A stretch of 64,000 nucleotides of DNA from Eledone cirrhosa (GCA_964016885.1 OZ024766.1:18848001-18912000); one strand, 5' to 3'; shown: positions 1 to 19,240, numbered from the stretch's first letter. Notes: generated from the letters alone by a model not told the origin. Translations and numbers: made by a program.

Positions 1-3000
1 TAAAGGCTTTACCTCACATAATATCTCACATAACATTTACATTACTCTATATATACTATTGTATTGTCACAGTAAAGGCTTTACCTCACATAATATCTCA
101 CATAACATTTACATTACTCTATATATACTATTGTATTGTCACAGTAAAGGCTTTACCTCACATAATATCTCACATAACATTTACATTACTCTATATATAC
201 TATTGTATTGTCACAGTAAAGGCTTTACCTCACATAATATCTCACATAACATTTACATTACTCTATATATACTATTGTATTGTCACAGTAAAGGCTTTAC
301 CTCACATAATATCTCACATAACATTTACATTACTCTATATATACTATTGTATTGTCACAGTAAAGGCTTTACCTCACATAATATCTCACATAACATTTAC
401 ATTACTCTATATATATTATTGTATTGTCACAGTAAAGGCTTTACCTCACATAATATCTCACATAACATTTACATTACTCTATATATACTATTGTATTGTC
501 ACAGTAAAGACCTTACCTCACATAATACCTCACATAACATTTACATTACTCTATATATACTATTGTATTGTCACAGTAAAGGCTTTACCTCACATAATAT
601 CTCACATAACATTTACATTACTCTATATATACTATTGTATTGTCACAGTAAAGGCTTTACCTCACATAATATCTCACATAACATTTACATTACTCTATAT
701 ATACTATTGTATTGTCACAGTAAAGGCTTTACCTCACATAATATCTCACATAACATTTACATTACTCTATATATATTATTGTATTGTCACAGTAAAGGCT
801 TTACCTCACATAATATCTCACATAACATTTACATTACTCTATATATACTATTGTATTGTCACAGTAAAGGCTTTACCTCACATAATATCTCACATAACAT
901 TTACATTACTCTATATATACTATTGTATTGTCACAGTAAAGGCTTTACCTCACATAATATCTCACATAACATTTACATTACTCTATATATACTATTGTAT
1001 TGTCACAGTAAAGGCTTTACCTCACATAATATCTCACATAACATTTACATTACTCTATATATACTATTGTATTGTCACAGTAAAGGCTTTACCTCACATA
1101 ATATCTCACATAACATTTACATTACTCTATATATACTATTGTATTGTCACAGTAAAGGCTTTACCTCACATAATATCTCACATAACATTTACATTACTCT
1201 ATATATACTATTGTATTGTCACAGTAAAGGCTTTACCTCACATAATATCTCACATAACATTTACATTACTCTATATATACTATTGTATTGTCACAGTAAA
1301 GGCTTTACCTCACATAATATCTCACATAACATTTACATTACTCTATATATACTATTGTATTGTCACAGTAAAGGCTTTACCTCACATAATACCTCACATA
1401 ACATTTACATTACTCTATATATACTATTGTAGTGTCACAGTAAAGGCTTTACCTCACATAATATCTCACATAACATTTACATTACTCTATATATACTATT
1501 GTATTGTCACAGTAAAGGCTTTACCTCACATAATATCTCACATAACATTTACATTACTCTATATATACTATTGTATTGTCACAGTAAAGGCTTTACCTCA
1601 CATAATATCTCACATAACATTTACATTACTCTATATATACTATTGTATTGTCACAGTAAAGGCTTTACCTCACATAATATCTCACATAACATTTACATTA
1701 CTCTATATATACTATTGTATTGTCACAGTAAAGGCTTTACCTCACATAATATCTCACATAACATTTACATTACTCTATATATACTATTGTATTGTCACAG
1801 TAAAGGCTTTACCTCACATAATATCTCACATAACATTTACATTACTCTATATATACTATTGTATTGTCACAGTAAAGGCTTTACCTCACATAATATCTCA
1901 CATAACATTTACATTACTCTATATATATTATTGTATTGTCACAGTAAAGGCTTTACCTCACATAATATCTCACATAACATTTACATTACTCTATATATAC
2001 TATTGTATTGTCACAGTAAAGACCTTACCTCACATAATACCTCACATAACATTTACATTACTCTATATATACTATTGTATTGTCACAGTAAAGGCTTTAC
2101 CTCACATAATATCTCACATAACATTTACATTACTCTATATATACTATTGTATTGTCACAGTAAAGGCTTTACCTCACATAATATCTCACATAACATTTAC
2201 ATTACTCTATATATACTATTGTATTGTCACAGTAAAGGCTTTACCTCACATAATATCTCACATAACATTTACATTACTCTATATATATTATTGTATTGTC
2301 ACAGTAAAGGCTTTACCTCACATAATATCTCACATAACATTTACATTACTCTATATATACTATTGTATTGTCACAGTAAAGGCTTTACCTCACATAATAT
2401 CTCACATAACATTTACATTACTCTATATATACTATTGTATTGTCACAGTAAAGGCTTTACCTCACATAATATCTCACATAACATTTACATTACTCTATAT
2501 ATACTATTGTATTGTCACAGTAAAGGCTTTACCTCACATAATATCTCACATAACATTTACATTACTCTATATATACTATTGTATTGTCACAGTAAAGGCT
2601 TTACCTCACATAATATCTCACATAACATTTACATTACTCTATATATACTATTGTATTGTCACAGTAAAGGCTTTACCTCACATAATATCTCACATAACAT
2701 TTACATTACTCTATATATACTATTGTATTGTCACAGTAAAGGCTTTACCTCACATAATATCTCACATAACATTTACATTACTCTATATATACTATTGTAT
2801 TGTCACAGTAAAGGCTTTACCTCACATAATATCTCACATAACATTTACATTACTCTATATATACTATTGTATTGTCACAGTAAAGGCTTTACCTCACATA
2901 ATACCTCACATAACATTTACATTACTCTATATATACTATTGTAGTGTCACAGTAAAGGCTTTACCTCACATAATATCTCACATAACATTTACATTACTCT

Positions 3001-3089
3001 ATATATACTATTATATTGTCACAGTAAAGGCTTTACCTCACATAATACCTCACATAACATTTACATTACTCTATATATACTATTGTATT
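1..3089 (+). repeat. 72-bp tandem minisatellite (~43 copies, runs off window start)
   Basis: Unit ACAGTAAAGGCTTTACCTCACATAATATCTCACATAACATTTACATTACTCTATATATACTATTGTATTGTC repeated nearly perfectly. The same family occurs in reverse orientation at 7897-9455 and 46218-47237. Confidence 0.98.
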
Positions 3090-3153
3090 TTTTTACGTGC
3101 ACACACACACACTCTCAGTTTTATATATATTATGATTATTTGTTGTGTTGCAG

Positions 3154-3324
3154 GTGACCCTAGGGCTGACTGAGGAACTGGAAGAGAAGGACCCAGATGA
3201 GCTTGACCTGAGGATCCTTCGAAATGTCCACCTCTCGACTGGGAGGTCACATAAGGTCATGTCTGAACTGAAACAGTTGAAATCTAAAGTTTACAGCTTG
3301 GAGAATGACTTGAGGCATTTGTGA
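3154..3324 (+). CDS. Terminal coding exon of an unidentified plus-strand gene (C-terminal coiled-coil-like segment)
   Basis: Acceptor TTGTTGTGTTGCAG, then an open, non-repetitive frame VTLGLTEELEEKDPDELDLRILRNVHLSTGRSHKVMSELKQLKSKVYSLENDLRHL* (phase 0 assumed). It is a unique-sequence island between two satellites. Protein not recognised. Confidence 0.75.
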   Translation: MTLGLTEELEEKDPDELDLRILRNVHLSTGRSHKVMSELKQLKSKVYSLENDLRHL

Positions 3325-3374
3325 AGGCCACAACATCACAGCAGATCAGATACTACTGCTGCAGGACACCGCAC

Positions 3375-5022
3375 CACCACTACACTACACCACACCACCA
3401 CTACTACACTACATTAGACTGTACCACACAACCACCACTACACTACATTAGACTGTACCACACAACCACCACCACTACACTACATTAGACTGTACCACAC
3501 AACCACACCACACCACACCACCACTACTACACTAGACTGTACCACATAACCACCACTACACCAGACTGTACCACACAACCACACCACCACTACTACACTA
3601 GACTGTACCACACAACCATACCACACCACCACTACTACACTAGACTGTACCACACAACCACACCACACCACCACTACTACACTAGACTGTACCACACCAC
3701 CACTACTACACCAGACTGTACCACACCACCACTACTACACTAGACTGTACCACATAACCACCACTACACTAGACTGTACCACACAACCACACCACACCAC
3801 CACTACTACACTAGACTGTACCACACAACCACACCACACCACCACTACTACACTAGACTGTACCACACAACCACACCACACCACCACTACTACACCAGAC
3901 TGTACCACACAACCACACCACACCACCACTACTACACTAGACTGTACCACACAACCACACCACACCACCACTACTACACTAGACTGTACCACACCACCAC
4001 TACTACACCAGACTGTACCACACAACCACACCACACCACCACTACTACACTAGACTGTACCACACCACCACTACTACACCAGACTGTACCACACAACCAC
4101 ACCACACCACACCACCACTACTACACTAGACTGTACCACACCACCACTACTACACCAGACTGTACCACACAACCACACCACACCACCACTACTACACTAG
4201 ACTGTACCACACCACCACTACTACACTAGACTGTACCACACAACCACACCACACCACACCACCACTACTACACCAGACTGTACCACACAACCACACCACA
4301 CCACCACTACTACACTAGACTGTACCACACCACCACTACTACACTAGACTGTACCACACAACCACACCACACCACCACTACTACACTAGACTGTACCACA
4401 CCACCACTACTACACCAGACTGTACCACACAACCACACCACACCACCACTACTACACTAGACTGTACCACACCACCACTACTACACCAGACTGTACCACA
4501 CCACCACTACTACACCAGACTGTACCACACAACCACACCACACCACACCACCACTACTACACTAGACTGTACCACACAACCACACCACACCACCACTACT
4601 ACACTAGACTGTACCACACCACCACTACTACACCAGACTGTACCACACAACCACACCACACCACCACTACTACACTAGACTGTACCACACCACCACTACT
4701 ACACCAGACTGTACCACACAACCACCACTACACTAGACTGTACCACACAACCACACCACACCACCACTACTACACTAGACTGTACCACACCACCACTACT
4801 ACACCAGACTGTACCACACAACCACACCACACCACACCACCACTACTACACTAGACTGTACCACACAACCACACCACACCACCACTACTACACTAGACTG
4901 TACCACACCACCACTACTACACCAGACTGTACCACACCACCACTACTACACTAGACTGTACCACATAACCACCACTACACTAGACTGTACCACACAACCA
5001 CACCACACCACCACTACTACAC
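3375..5022. repeat. Variable-unit C/A-rich minisatellite (core ACTACACTAGACTGTACCACAC)
   Basis: About 25-45 bp units built from ACC/CAC runs around AGACTGTACCACA, directly downstream of the stop at 3324. Confidence 0.95.
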
Positions 5023-5160
5023 ATCAGGTATTGCTGCTTTACAACACCACCCTCCACCACTATACTATATCACACCACACCACACCACCAATACAAATAT
5101 ATATTTTCTTACATATCAAATATTCCGTCCAAAACTTCAACATAGAAACATGTGTATGTT

Positions 5161-5203
<43 letters not shown>

Positions 5204-5351
5204 ATATATATATATATATATTTGTGTATGTGTGTATGTGTGTATACTCTGTATAATACAAAATACATTCCAAATTTATATATACATGTGATTGTTTCAT
5301 ATATATATATATATCATCATCATCATCATTTTATGATGATGATGATGATGA

Positions 5352-5386
<35 letters not shown>

Positions 5387-5460
5387 CAAAGGGGCTATCC
5401 AGGTAAAACTAAAACTGTTATGATCTCATTCCTGGATATGTCACTATTTTTAAAACATTT

Positions 5461-5526
5461 TGTATTTTATCTGATGAGAGCGTACCAAAATTTTTGGTGC
5501 CCTTGAAATATATATAATAGAATAAA
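5461..5526 (+). ncRNA. Minimal type-I hammerhead ribozyme motif (Penelope pLTR-like), solo copy
   Basis: TGTATTTTAT-CTGATGA-[GAGCGTACCAA..TTGGTGCCCTT stem II]-GAAA-TATATA-TA^-ATAGAATAAA. Stem I pairs TATTTTAT with ATAGAATA; the core matches CUGAnGA/GAAA/UH. Confidence 0.7.
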
Positions 5527-5864
5527 TATGGTTTTATAAATATAGTTTCCATTTATTTATATCATTGTGTGTAACATCTATATATATATATATATATAGG
5601 ACGATCTGATAAATTCCGACCTTACACACTTACACCTCTCTAAGACACAATGTCACTGGACCGAGATCTTTGGCGCTACGCAGTAATAGAGAAGACCCGC
5701 CTTGCCTATGTACAAAGCGAAACCTACAGTCAGTAGACACCTCCTAACCAAATATACACCCCAATCCACTCCCCCTACCCTATCCTCCCACCAACACCAC
5801 CCTCTCTCTGTAAAGTTGGTACCACAACATCCAGTGCAAATAAATGAGATAATGAGATCGAGAT

Positions 5865-7225
5865 CATGTAGGTGTCACGAGAAAAAACACAGTCCATGCT
5901 GTAATGTGGCCGTTTAGGTAACACGGTAAAGTGGTCATGTAGGTGTCATGACAAAAGGCTCCCAGTCTACTCTGTAAAGTGGTCATGTAGGTGTCACAAC
6001 AAAAAGTACCCAGTCTACTCTGTAAAGTGGTCATGTAGGTGTCACAACAAACAGCACCCAGTCCACACTGTAAAGTGGTCATGTAGGTGTCACAACAAAT
6101 AGTACCCAGTCCACACTGTAAAGTGGTCATGTTGGTGTCACAACAAAAAGTACCCAGTCCACACTGTAAAGTGGTCATGTAGGTGTCACAACAAATAGCA
6201 CCGTCCACACTGTAAAGTGGTCATGTAGGTGTCACAACAAAAAGTACCCAGTCCACACTGTAAAGTGGTTGTGTAGGTGTCACAACAAAAAGTACCCAGT
6301 CCACACTGTAAAGTGGTCATGTAGGTGTCACAACAAAAAGCACCCAGTCCACACTGTAAAGTGGTTATGTAGGTGTCACAACAAAAAGTACCCAGTCCAC
6401 ACTGTAAAGTGGTCATGTAGGTGTCACAACAAAAAGTACCCAGTCCACACTGTAAAGTGGTCATGTAGGTGTCACAACAAAAAGTACCCAGTCCACACTG
6501 TAAAGTGGTCATGTAGGTGTCACAACAAAAAGCACCCAGTCCACACTGTAAAGTGGTCATGTAGGTGTCACAACAAAAAGTACCCAGTCCACACTGTAAA
6601 GTGGTCATGTAGGTGTCACAACAAATAGCACCCAGTCCACACTGTAAAGTGGTCATGTAGGTGTCACAACAAAAAGTACCCAGTCCACACTGTAAAGTGG
6701 TCATGTAGGTGTCACAACAAAAAGTACCCAGTCCACACTGTAAAGTGGTCATGTAGGTGTCACAGCAAAAAGTACCCAGTCCACACTGTAAAGTGGTCAT
6801 GTAGGTGTCACAACAAAAAGTACCCAGTCCACACTGTAAAGTGGTCATGTAGGTGTCACAACAAAAAGTACCCAGTCCACACTGTAAAGTGGTTATGTAG
6901 GTGTCACAACAAAAGGTACCCAGACCACACTGTAAAGTGGTCATGTTGGTGTCACAACAAACAACACCCAGTCCACACTGTAAAGTGGTCATGTAGGTGT
7001 CACAACAAAAAGCACCCAGTCCACACTGTAAAGTGGTCATGTAGGTGTCACAACAAAAAGCACCCAGTCCACACTGTAAAGTGGTTGGCACTAGGAAGGG
7101 CATCCGACCGTAGAAACCAAGTCAGAAACAGTTCTGTACGAACAAGACACTGTCACCTGACCTGACTCAAACGGGGCAACCCGTCTAACCCATGCTAGCG
7201 TGGAAAATAGACATTAAATGATGGA
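5865..7225 (+). mobile_element. SINE 3' portion with an internal 48-bp unit expanded ~24 times
   Basis: Unit CCCAGTCCACACTGTAAAGTGGTCATGTAGGTGTCACAACAAAAAGTA runs into the SINE body/tail (GGTTGGCACTAGGAAGGGCATCC...ACCCATGCTAGCGTGGAAAATAGACATTAAATGATG) seen elsewhere in the window. Confidence 0.8.
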
Positions 7226-7249
7226 CCTTTCGATTGCAAGTCAAATGCT

Positions 7250-7880
7250 CTAACGAAGGAATCCCTCGCTTGTATTTGTTATTGTATTCTTTGGGTCATT
7301 ACCCAACATTTATGACCATAGGTAAGGGTTTGTACGAATACCGTGTTTGGTTTTTACACTTACTTCCCTTCTGATTAAGGATTACTGCACCAGCTTCTGT
7401 AATTCTTACACTTAACTCAGCCTCCTGCCTACCATCACTCGTGAACATGGCCCCAAGATACTTGAACTTCTCTACCTGCTTCAGTGGAACTCCATTCACA
7501 TGTAGAGTACACTGGACTGGTTTCCATGAGAGGACAAGTGTCTCAGTTTTCACAGTACAGGTTTTCATTCCAGCCAGGCAGCACTCAGTAACAAACCTAT
7601 CAAGTGCAAGTCAAAGATCTTCTTCTGTAGAGTTAAATAACACCATGTCATCTTCAAATTCCAGCCAAGTGATTTTACAGCCGCCAGCCATGATACCACT
7701 TCCAACCCAGCTGCGTATATCAATTCTGTTCATGTAAATAACGAACAGGAGAGTTGACAGTATACACTCTTGGTGGAGTCAGACTCCCACATTGAATGGT
7801 TTCTATTTAACACCATTTATCCCAACATAGATACTCAGGCATTCATATAGAGACATCAGGGCAGCAACAAGTTGACTATC
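7250..7880 (-). mobile_element. Degenerate RTE-clade LINE reverse-transcriptase fragment
   Basis: Minus-strand peptides LHQECILSTLLFVIYMNRI (GxRQGCxLSPxLF-like) and KTETLVLSWKPVQCTLHVNGVPLKQVEKFKYLGAMFTSDG, with stops and frameshifts. Confidence 0.85.
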
Positions 7881-7896
7881 AGTCACATATTCCTGC

Positions 7897-9455
7897 AAAG
7901 CCTTTACTGTGAAAATACAATAGTATATATAGAGTAATGTAAATGTTATGTGAGATATTATGTGAGGTAAAGCCTTTACTGTGACAATACAATAGTATAT
8001 ATAGAGTAATGTAAATGTTATGTGAGATATTATGTGAGGTAAAGCCTTTACTGTGAAAATACAATAGTATATATAGAGTAATGTAGATGTTATGTGAGAT
8101 ATTATGAGAGGTAAAGCCTTTACTGTGGAAATACAATAGTATATATAGAGTAATGTAAATGGTATGTGAGGTATTATGTGAGGTAAAGCCTTTACTGTGA
8201 CAATACAATAGTATATATAGAGTAATGTAAATGGTATGTGAGATATTATGTGAGGTAAAGCCTTTACTGTGAAAATACAATAGTATATATAGAGTAATGT
8301 AAATGTTATGTGAGGTATTATGTGAGGTAAAGCCTTTACTGTGACAATACAATAGTATATATAGAGTAATGTAAATGTTATGTGAGATATTATGTGAGGT
8401 AAAGCCTTTACTGTGACAATACAATAGTATATATAGAGTAATGTAGATGTTATGTGAGATATTATGTGAGGTAAAGCCTTTACTGTGACAATACAATAGT
8501 ATATATAGAGTAATGTAGATGTTATGTGAGATATTATGTGAGGTAAAGCCTTTACTGTGACAATACAATAGTATATATAGAGTAATGTAAATGTTATGTG
8601 AGATATTATGTGAGATAAAGTGTTTACTGTGACAATACAATAGTATATATAGAGTAATGTAGATGTTATGTGAGATATTATGTGAGGTAAAGCCTTTACT
8701 GTGACAATACAATAGTATATATAGAGTAATGTAAATGTTATGTGAGGTAAAGCCTTTACTGTGACAATACAATAGTATATATAGAGTAATGTAAATGTTA
8801 TGTGAGATATTATGTGAGGTAAAGCCTTTACTGTGACAATACAATAGTATATATAGAGTAATGTAAATGTTATGCGAGATATTATGTAAGGTAAAGCCTT
8901 TACTGTGACAATACAATAGTATATATAGAGTAATGTAAATGTTATGTGAGATATTATGTGAGGTAAAGCCTTTACTGTGACAATACAATAGTATATATAG
9001 AGTAATGTAAATGTTATGTGAGATATTATGTGAGGTAAAGCCTTTACTGTGACAATACAATAGTATATATAGAGTAATGTAAATGTTATGTGAGATATTA
9101 TGTGAGGTAAAGCCTTTACTGTGACAATACAATAGTATATATAGAGTAATGTAAATGTTATGAGATATTATGTGAGGTAAAGCCTTTACTGTGACAATAC
9201 AATAGTATATATAGAGTAATGTAAATGTTATGTGAGGTATTATGTGAGGTAAAGTCTTTACTGTGACAATACAATAGTATATATAGAGTAATGTAGATGT
9301 TATGTGAGATATTATGTGAGGTAAAGCCTTTACTGTGACAATACAATAGTATATATAGAGTAATGTAAATGTTATGTGAGATATTATGTGAGGTAAAGCC
9401 TTTACTGTGACAATACAATAGTATATATAGAGTAATGTAAATACTAAAGGGTTAA
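7897..9455 (-). repeat. 72-bp minisatellite, reverse orientation, starting at a TTAACCCTTTAG terminus
   Basis: Reverse complement of the 1-3089 unit, ~21 copies. Right boundary is ATACTAAAGGGTTAA. Confidence 0.95.
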
Positions 9456-9759
9456 ACTGTTATTTGTATGCAAGAGTGTATATATAACATACAACAAAGG
9501 AAGTGTATATATAAACGACAAGTGTATATATTAACCACACAGGACAAAGAAAGTGTATATATATATATTAACGACATACAACAAAGGAGTGTATATATTA
9601 AAAACAAGTGTATATAAACATTTTGTAAATAAATAAAGAAAGTCAAACACCAAATGTGAAATGAAGAATATTTTTGATTTTATTTACATTTAATTAATCA
9701 ATGAATTAATTAATAATATTCACTAACGAACTCACTAATTGGTCTGTCATCCTGTATTG

Positions 9760-15109
<5,350 letters not shown>

Positions 15110-15832
15110 TCATACTTCAGTCCCCTCCGGTACAGCTGGTCTAAAGTTAATGTGTGGCCCAGAGAGCCGATTGCTGCTTCCAGCTGTGGCGGTGGCCACG
15201 TTTGGAGGGGAGCTAGAGGAAGCTAAGCTGCTGCTCCCCCGGGCGTCAACCACCACCACGCCACCACCACCACCTCGCTTAGATTGCTGCTGCTGCTGTT
15301 GTTGCTGTTGTTGTTGTTGCTGCAGTTGCGGCAACTGAGGCTGCTTTTTTTTCTTTTGTTGTTGGTGCTGTTGTTGTTGTGCTTGTTGTTGTTGTGGTTG
15401 TGGTGGTTGGTGGTGGTGGGTGTGGTGTAGTGGCGATCCTCCTCCTCCTCCGATGTGCTGCTTAGTAACGGCCCCACCGCTGGTCACCACCACCACGCCG
15501 CTGCCACCCTTCCCTGCCGCAGCCGGGTGGGGTTGGGGCTGCTGCTGCTGGTGGTGGTGGTGGTGTTGTTGTTGTTGTTGTTGTTGTGCCGGTGGTAGGT
15601 GGTGGTGGTGGTGGTGGTGGTGCGGGTGGTGCGGGGACATCGTTGCCGGGACGACCGTGGCGCGGTACTTGGAGCCCCCCACCACAGCCGTCTCCGGCAC
15701 GTTGGCTATGGGGTTGCTTGTGGCGGCGAGAGTGTTGGATGTTGTGGTTGTCAGCATGTGTTGTTGTAGTTTGTGTCCTGCGTTAGCTGTAGTTTCTTCA
15801 CAACACGACACGTTCACAGCGCTCACTGATGT
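15110..15832 (-). CDS. IQSEC: IQSEC-family Arf-GEF, probable last coding exon (Q/H/G-rich tail ending in PEGTEV*)
   Basis: Acceptor TTGTTTCAG|ACA in phase 0, matching the 24758 donor. GC-rich 240-codon open frame [13 protein letters not shown]...[13 protein letters not shown]; the end fits a class I PDZ ligand (S/T-x-V). Confidence 0.8.
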   Translation of the reverse strand, partial: TSVSAVNVSCCEETTANAGHKLQQHMLTTTTSNTLAATSNPIANVPETAVVGGSKYRATVVPATMSPHHPHHHHHHHHLPPAQQQQQQQHHHHHQQQQPQPHPAAAGKGGSGVVVVTSGGAVTKQHIGGGGGSPLHHTHHHQPPQPQQQQAQQQQHQQQKKKKQPQLPQLQQQQQQQQQQQQQSKRGGGGGVVVVDARGSSSLASSSSPPNVATATAGSSNRLSGPHINFRPAVPEGTEV

Positions 15833-16019
15833 CTGAAACAACAATACAAATAATATATATTACATACAGCCAGTAGACACCTCTAACAAAAATACACCCT
15901 CGTCCCACTACCCCCACCCCATCCACACCACCCCCTTTCAATGTGAAGTTATGTTGGTGCCACAACATCCAGCCCAAAACAAATGAAGTCGTGTAGGTGT
16001 CACGACAAAAAAAAACACA

Positions 16020-16195
16020 CAGAATGATATTGACCCCAGTCCCTATCATCTCATTTCTACAGCTGAGTAAACTGGAGCAACGTGAAATAAAGGGTCTTGC
16101 TCAAGGAAACAACACATCACCCGGTCTGAGAATTGAACTCACAACCTTTCGATTGCAAGGCCAATGATCTAACCACTAAGCCATGTGCCTCCATA
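16020..16195 (-). mobile_element. tRNA-derived SINE head, nested in another SINE fragment (~15860-16590)
   Basis: Minus strand GGAGGCACATGGCTTAGTGGTTAGA (A box) ... GTGAGTTCAATTC (B box), then TTGAGCAAGAC...CTCAGCTGTAGAAATG. Same head at ~28090, ~59610 and ~61774. Confidence 0.85.
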
Positions 16196-16667
16196 TATAT
16201 ATATATATATATGACACAAAAAACACACAGTCCACGCTGTAATGTGGCCGTGTAGGTAACATGGTAAAAACCTCCCAGCCCCACACTGTTAACCTGGTTG
16301 GTGTTAGGGAGGGCATCCAACTGTAGAAAACCCGCCAGACGTGTAGGTGTCACGACAAAAAAACACACAGTCCACGCTGTAATGTGGCCGTGTAGGTAAC
16401 ATGGTAAAAACCTCCCAGTTCCACACTGTAAATGTGGTTGGTGTTAGGAAGGGCATCCAACTGTAGAAAACCTGCCAGACAGTCCTATGCGAGCAGGACA
16501 ACCACTCTTGCCTCAAGTGGGAAAATTCCCGTCCAAACCCATGCAAGCGTGGAAGATGGACGTTAAACGATGATGATGCTGATGATATAGGGTGTGGACG
16601 ATATCTGTTCGCAAAGAGATATATATATATATATATATACATTATATAGACAGACAGGTATATATCA

Positions 16668-16870
16668 TCATCATCATCATCATCATTTTACGTCCGCTTT
16701 TCCCTGCCTGCAAGGGTGGGACGGGAACTGGTTCTGGCTTGATTTCTACAGCTAGATGCCCTTCCCAACACCAACCTCATTTACAGTAAGTGCTGGGTGC
16801 TTTTTTTGCCGTGGCACCTCCACGACCACTTTACAGTGTGGGCTGGGTGCTTTTTTGCCTTGGCACCTCC
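16668..16870 (-). mobile_element. SINE 3' portion with RTE-like tail and (ATG)n
   Basis: (CAT)n-TTTACGTCCGCTTTTCCCTGCCTGCAAGGGTGGGACGGG..., matching the copies at 27364, 59625 and 61432. Confidence 0.8.
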
Positions 16871-16875
16871 ACTTA

Positions 16876-17962
16876 ATATATACTTTACATAACTCTGTGA
16901 TGGACTGGTGTCCTGTCCAGGGGGAGTCTTGTATTCTCAGTCACTTCATATATACTTTACATAACCCTGTGATGGACTGGTGTCCTGTCCAGGGAGAGTC
17001 TTGTACTCTCAGTCACTTAATATATACTTTACATAACCCTGTGATGGACTGGTGTCCTGTCCAGGGGGAGTCTTGTACTCTCAGTCACTTCATATATACT
17101 TTACATAACCCTGTGATGGACTGGTGTCCTGTCCAGGGGGAGTCTTGTACTCTCAGTCACTTCATATATACTTTACATAACTCTGTGATGGACTGGTGTC
17201 CTATCCAGGGAGAGTCTTGTACTCTCAGTCACTTAATATATACTTTACATAACCCTGTGATGGACTGGTGTCCTATCCAGGGAGAGTCTTGTACTCTCAG
17301 TCACTTAATATATACTTTACATAACCCTGTGATGGACTGGTGTCCTGTCCAGGGGGAGTCTTGTACTCTCAGTCACTTAATATATACTTTACATAACCCT
17401 GTGATGGACTGGTGTCCTGTCCAGGGAGAGTCTTGTACTCTCAGTCACTTAATATATACTTTACATAACCCTGTGATGGACTGGTGTCCTGTCCAGGAGG
17501 AATCTTATACTCTCAGTCACTTCATATATACTTTACATAACCCTGTGATGGCCTGGTGTCCTGTCCAGGGGGAGTCTTGTACTCTCAGTCACTTCATATA
17601 TACCTTACATAACCCTGTGATGGACTGGTGTCCTGTCCAGGAGGAATCTTATACTCTCAGTCACTTCATATATACTTTACATAACCCTGTGATGGACTGG
17701 TGTCCTGTCTAGGAGGAGTCTTGTACTCTCAGTCGGTTCATATATACTTTACATAACCCTGTGATGGACTGGTGTCCTGTCCAGGAGGAGTCTTGTACTC
17801 TCAGTCACTTCATATATACTTTACATAACCCTGTGATGGACTGGTATCCTGTCCAGGGGGAGTCTTGTACTCTCAGTCGGTTCATATATACTTTACATAA
17901 CCCTGTGATGGATTGGTGTCCTGTCCTGGGGGAGTCTTGTACTCTCAGTCACTTAATATATA
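16876..17962 (+). repeat. 72-bp minisatellite of a second family (~15 copies)
   Basis: Unit ATATATACTTTACATAACCCTGTGATGGACTGGTGTCCTGTCCAGGGGGAGTCTTGTACTCTCAGTCACTT(A/C). The TGATGGACTGG..CCTGTCCAGGG core resembles SINE body sequence. Confidence 0.92.
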
Positions 17963-18622
17963 TACTGACAGTAAAACAGAGAAAGAGAGAGACAATATAT
18001 GCATAAAAAACCCCTGCCCCACCACCAACAGACCAGTTCAAATCGTGCAGTGAACTGCCCCAAGCAACAAGCTCCCCACCCCCACCCCCACCACATTGCC
18101 CAGTGCCAATCTATCCATGCCATTCACCCAGGGTCAAGCACAAACAAGAAACAACCCCTCCCACCTCTAAAACTATATCATCATCATCATCATCATCAAC
18201 AAATCATTAGCAATAAAATAACGAATGCTTATTTTTAAATCGTTTAATTAACAGCCCAGCTAATTAGAGTAGTTAGCAGGTATGTGACCTCACAATTAAG
18301 CTAAGCAATCCTTTAATTAGTTAAGTTCTAGGCCAATCAATCAAGCAGCAATTTAATTGGGTATCATTAATAAATATATATATATATATATATATACATA
18401 TAGAAGTTGTATTTAATTTGTTGGAATTCCGACAAACAGATGTTTATAAATGATTTAGAGCACTCAACAAGTTACTGGAGCAAATATACCATGATATTAA
18501 ATAAATGGAAACTATATTTATAATAAAATAAATATGGTTATAAAACCATATTTATTTTATTATATATATAATAAAATAAATATGGTTTTATAAATGTAGT
18601 TTCCATTTATTTAATATCATGG

Positions 18623-18669
<47 letters not shown>

Positions 18670-18671
18670 AT

Positions 18672-19209
18672 CTAGGGCGGGTAAAATTCCCGAGATCCAT
18701 GGACGAGTTCTCTCCAGCGGTCTCTGTCCCTCATTATCGCTGCCATGTCCTGCGTCTCCAACAGACCAGTGTCTGTCCTTAGGGCATCAACATACGTTAA
18801 CCTTGGTCTTCCTCTTCCAGTGTGTCCATGTAGGGGCTCCCACAGGAGCACTGAGTGCAGTGTCAACTCTGGATGTCGGTGAGCATGTCCAGCTAACCTC
18901 AGTCTCCCTCTTCCAGTGTGTCCATGTACGGGCTCCCACAGGAGCACTGAGTGCAGTGTCAACTCTGGATGTCGGTGAGCATGTCCAGCTAACCTCAGTC
19001 TCCTCTGTGTCACTTTTGACCTGACTTTTGGGAGGCTCCTATACAGCTCTGAGTTCTTCATCCTCAGTGTATACTGATTAATGTTCAGAGCCATCCTCAG
19101 CATTCTTGTGTAGCACCCATTCACCATCTGAGTGAGTTTCTTGGTCAGTGTCCAAGTCTCAGACCCGTACAGCAGCACAGACTCCACTACAGCAATGAAG
19201 AGGCGGATT

Positions 19210-19212
<3 letters not shown>
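18672..19212 (-). mobile_element. RTE/RTE-X-like LINE ORF C-terminal fragment with an internal 96-bp duplication
   Basis: IRLFIAVVESVLLYGSETWTLT...RMLRMALNI...RRLRLAGHAHRH...GRGRPRLTY. RLRLAGHAHRHPELTLHSVLLWEP occurs twice. Confidence 0.9.

Positions 19213-19240
<28 letters not shown>

Noticed and set aside
59-2944. 457-aa and 481-aa ORFs (and the similar ORFs at 7879-9132 and 46171-47250)
   Set aside because: Translations of a 72-bp satellite whose unit is a multiple of 3. They occur in both orientations and within introns.
5864-7103. Cys-rich repeat 'protein' (TTLQCGLGTFCCDTYM)n, and the similar ORFs at 16756-17712 and 44149-45908
   Set aside because: Tandem amplifications of SINE-related sequence.
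9640-9690. IQSEC poly(A) site (AATAAA on minus at 9679-9684 with a downstream GU-rich tract)
   Set aside because: Plausible, but AATAAA is common in this AT-rich DNA and it cannot be supported without transcript data.
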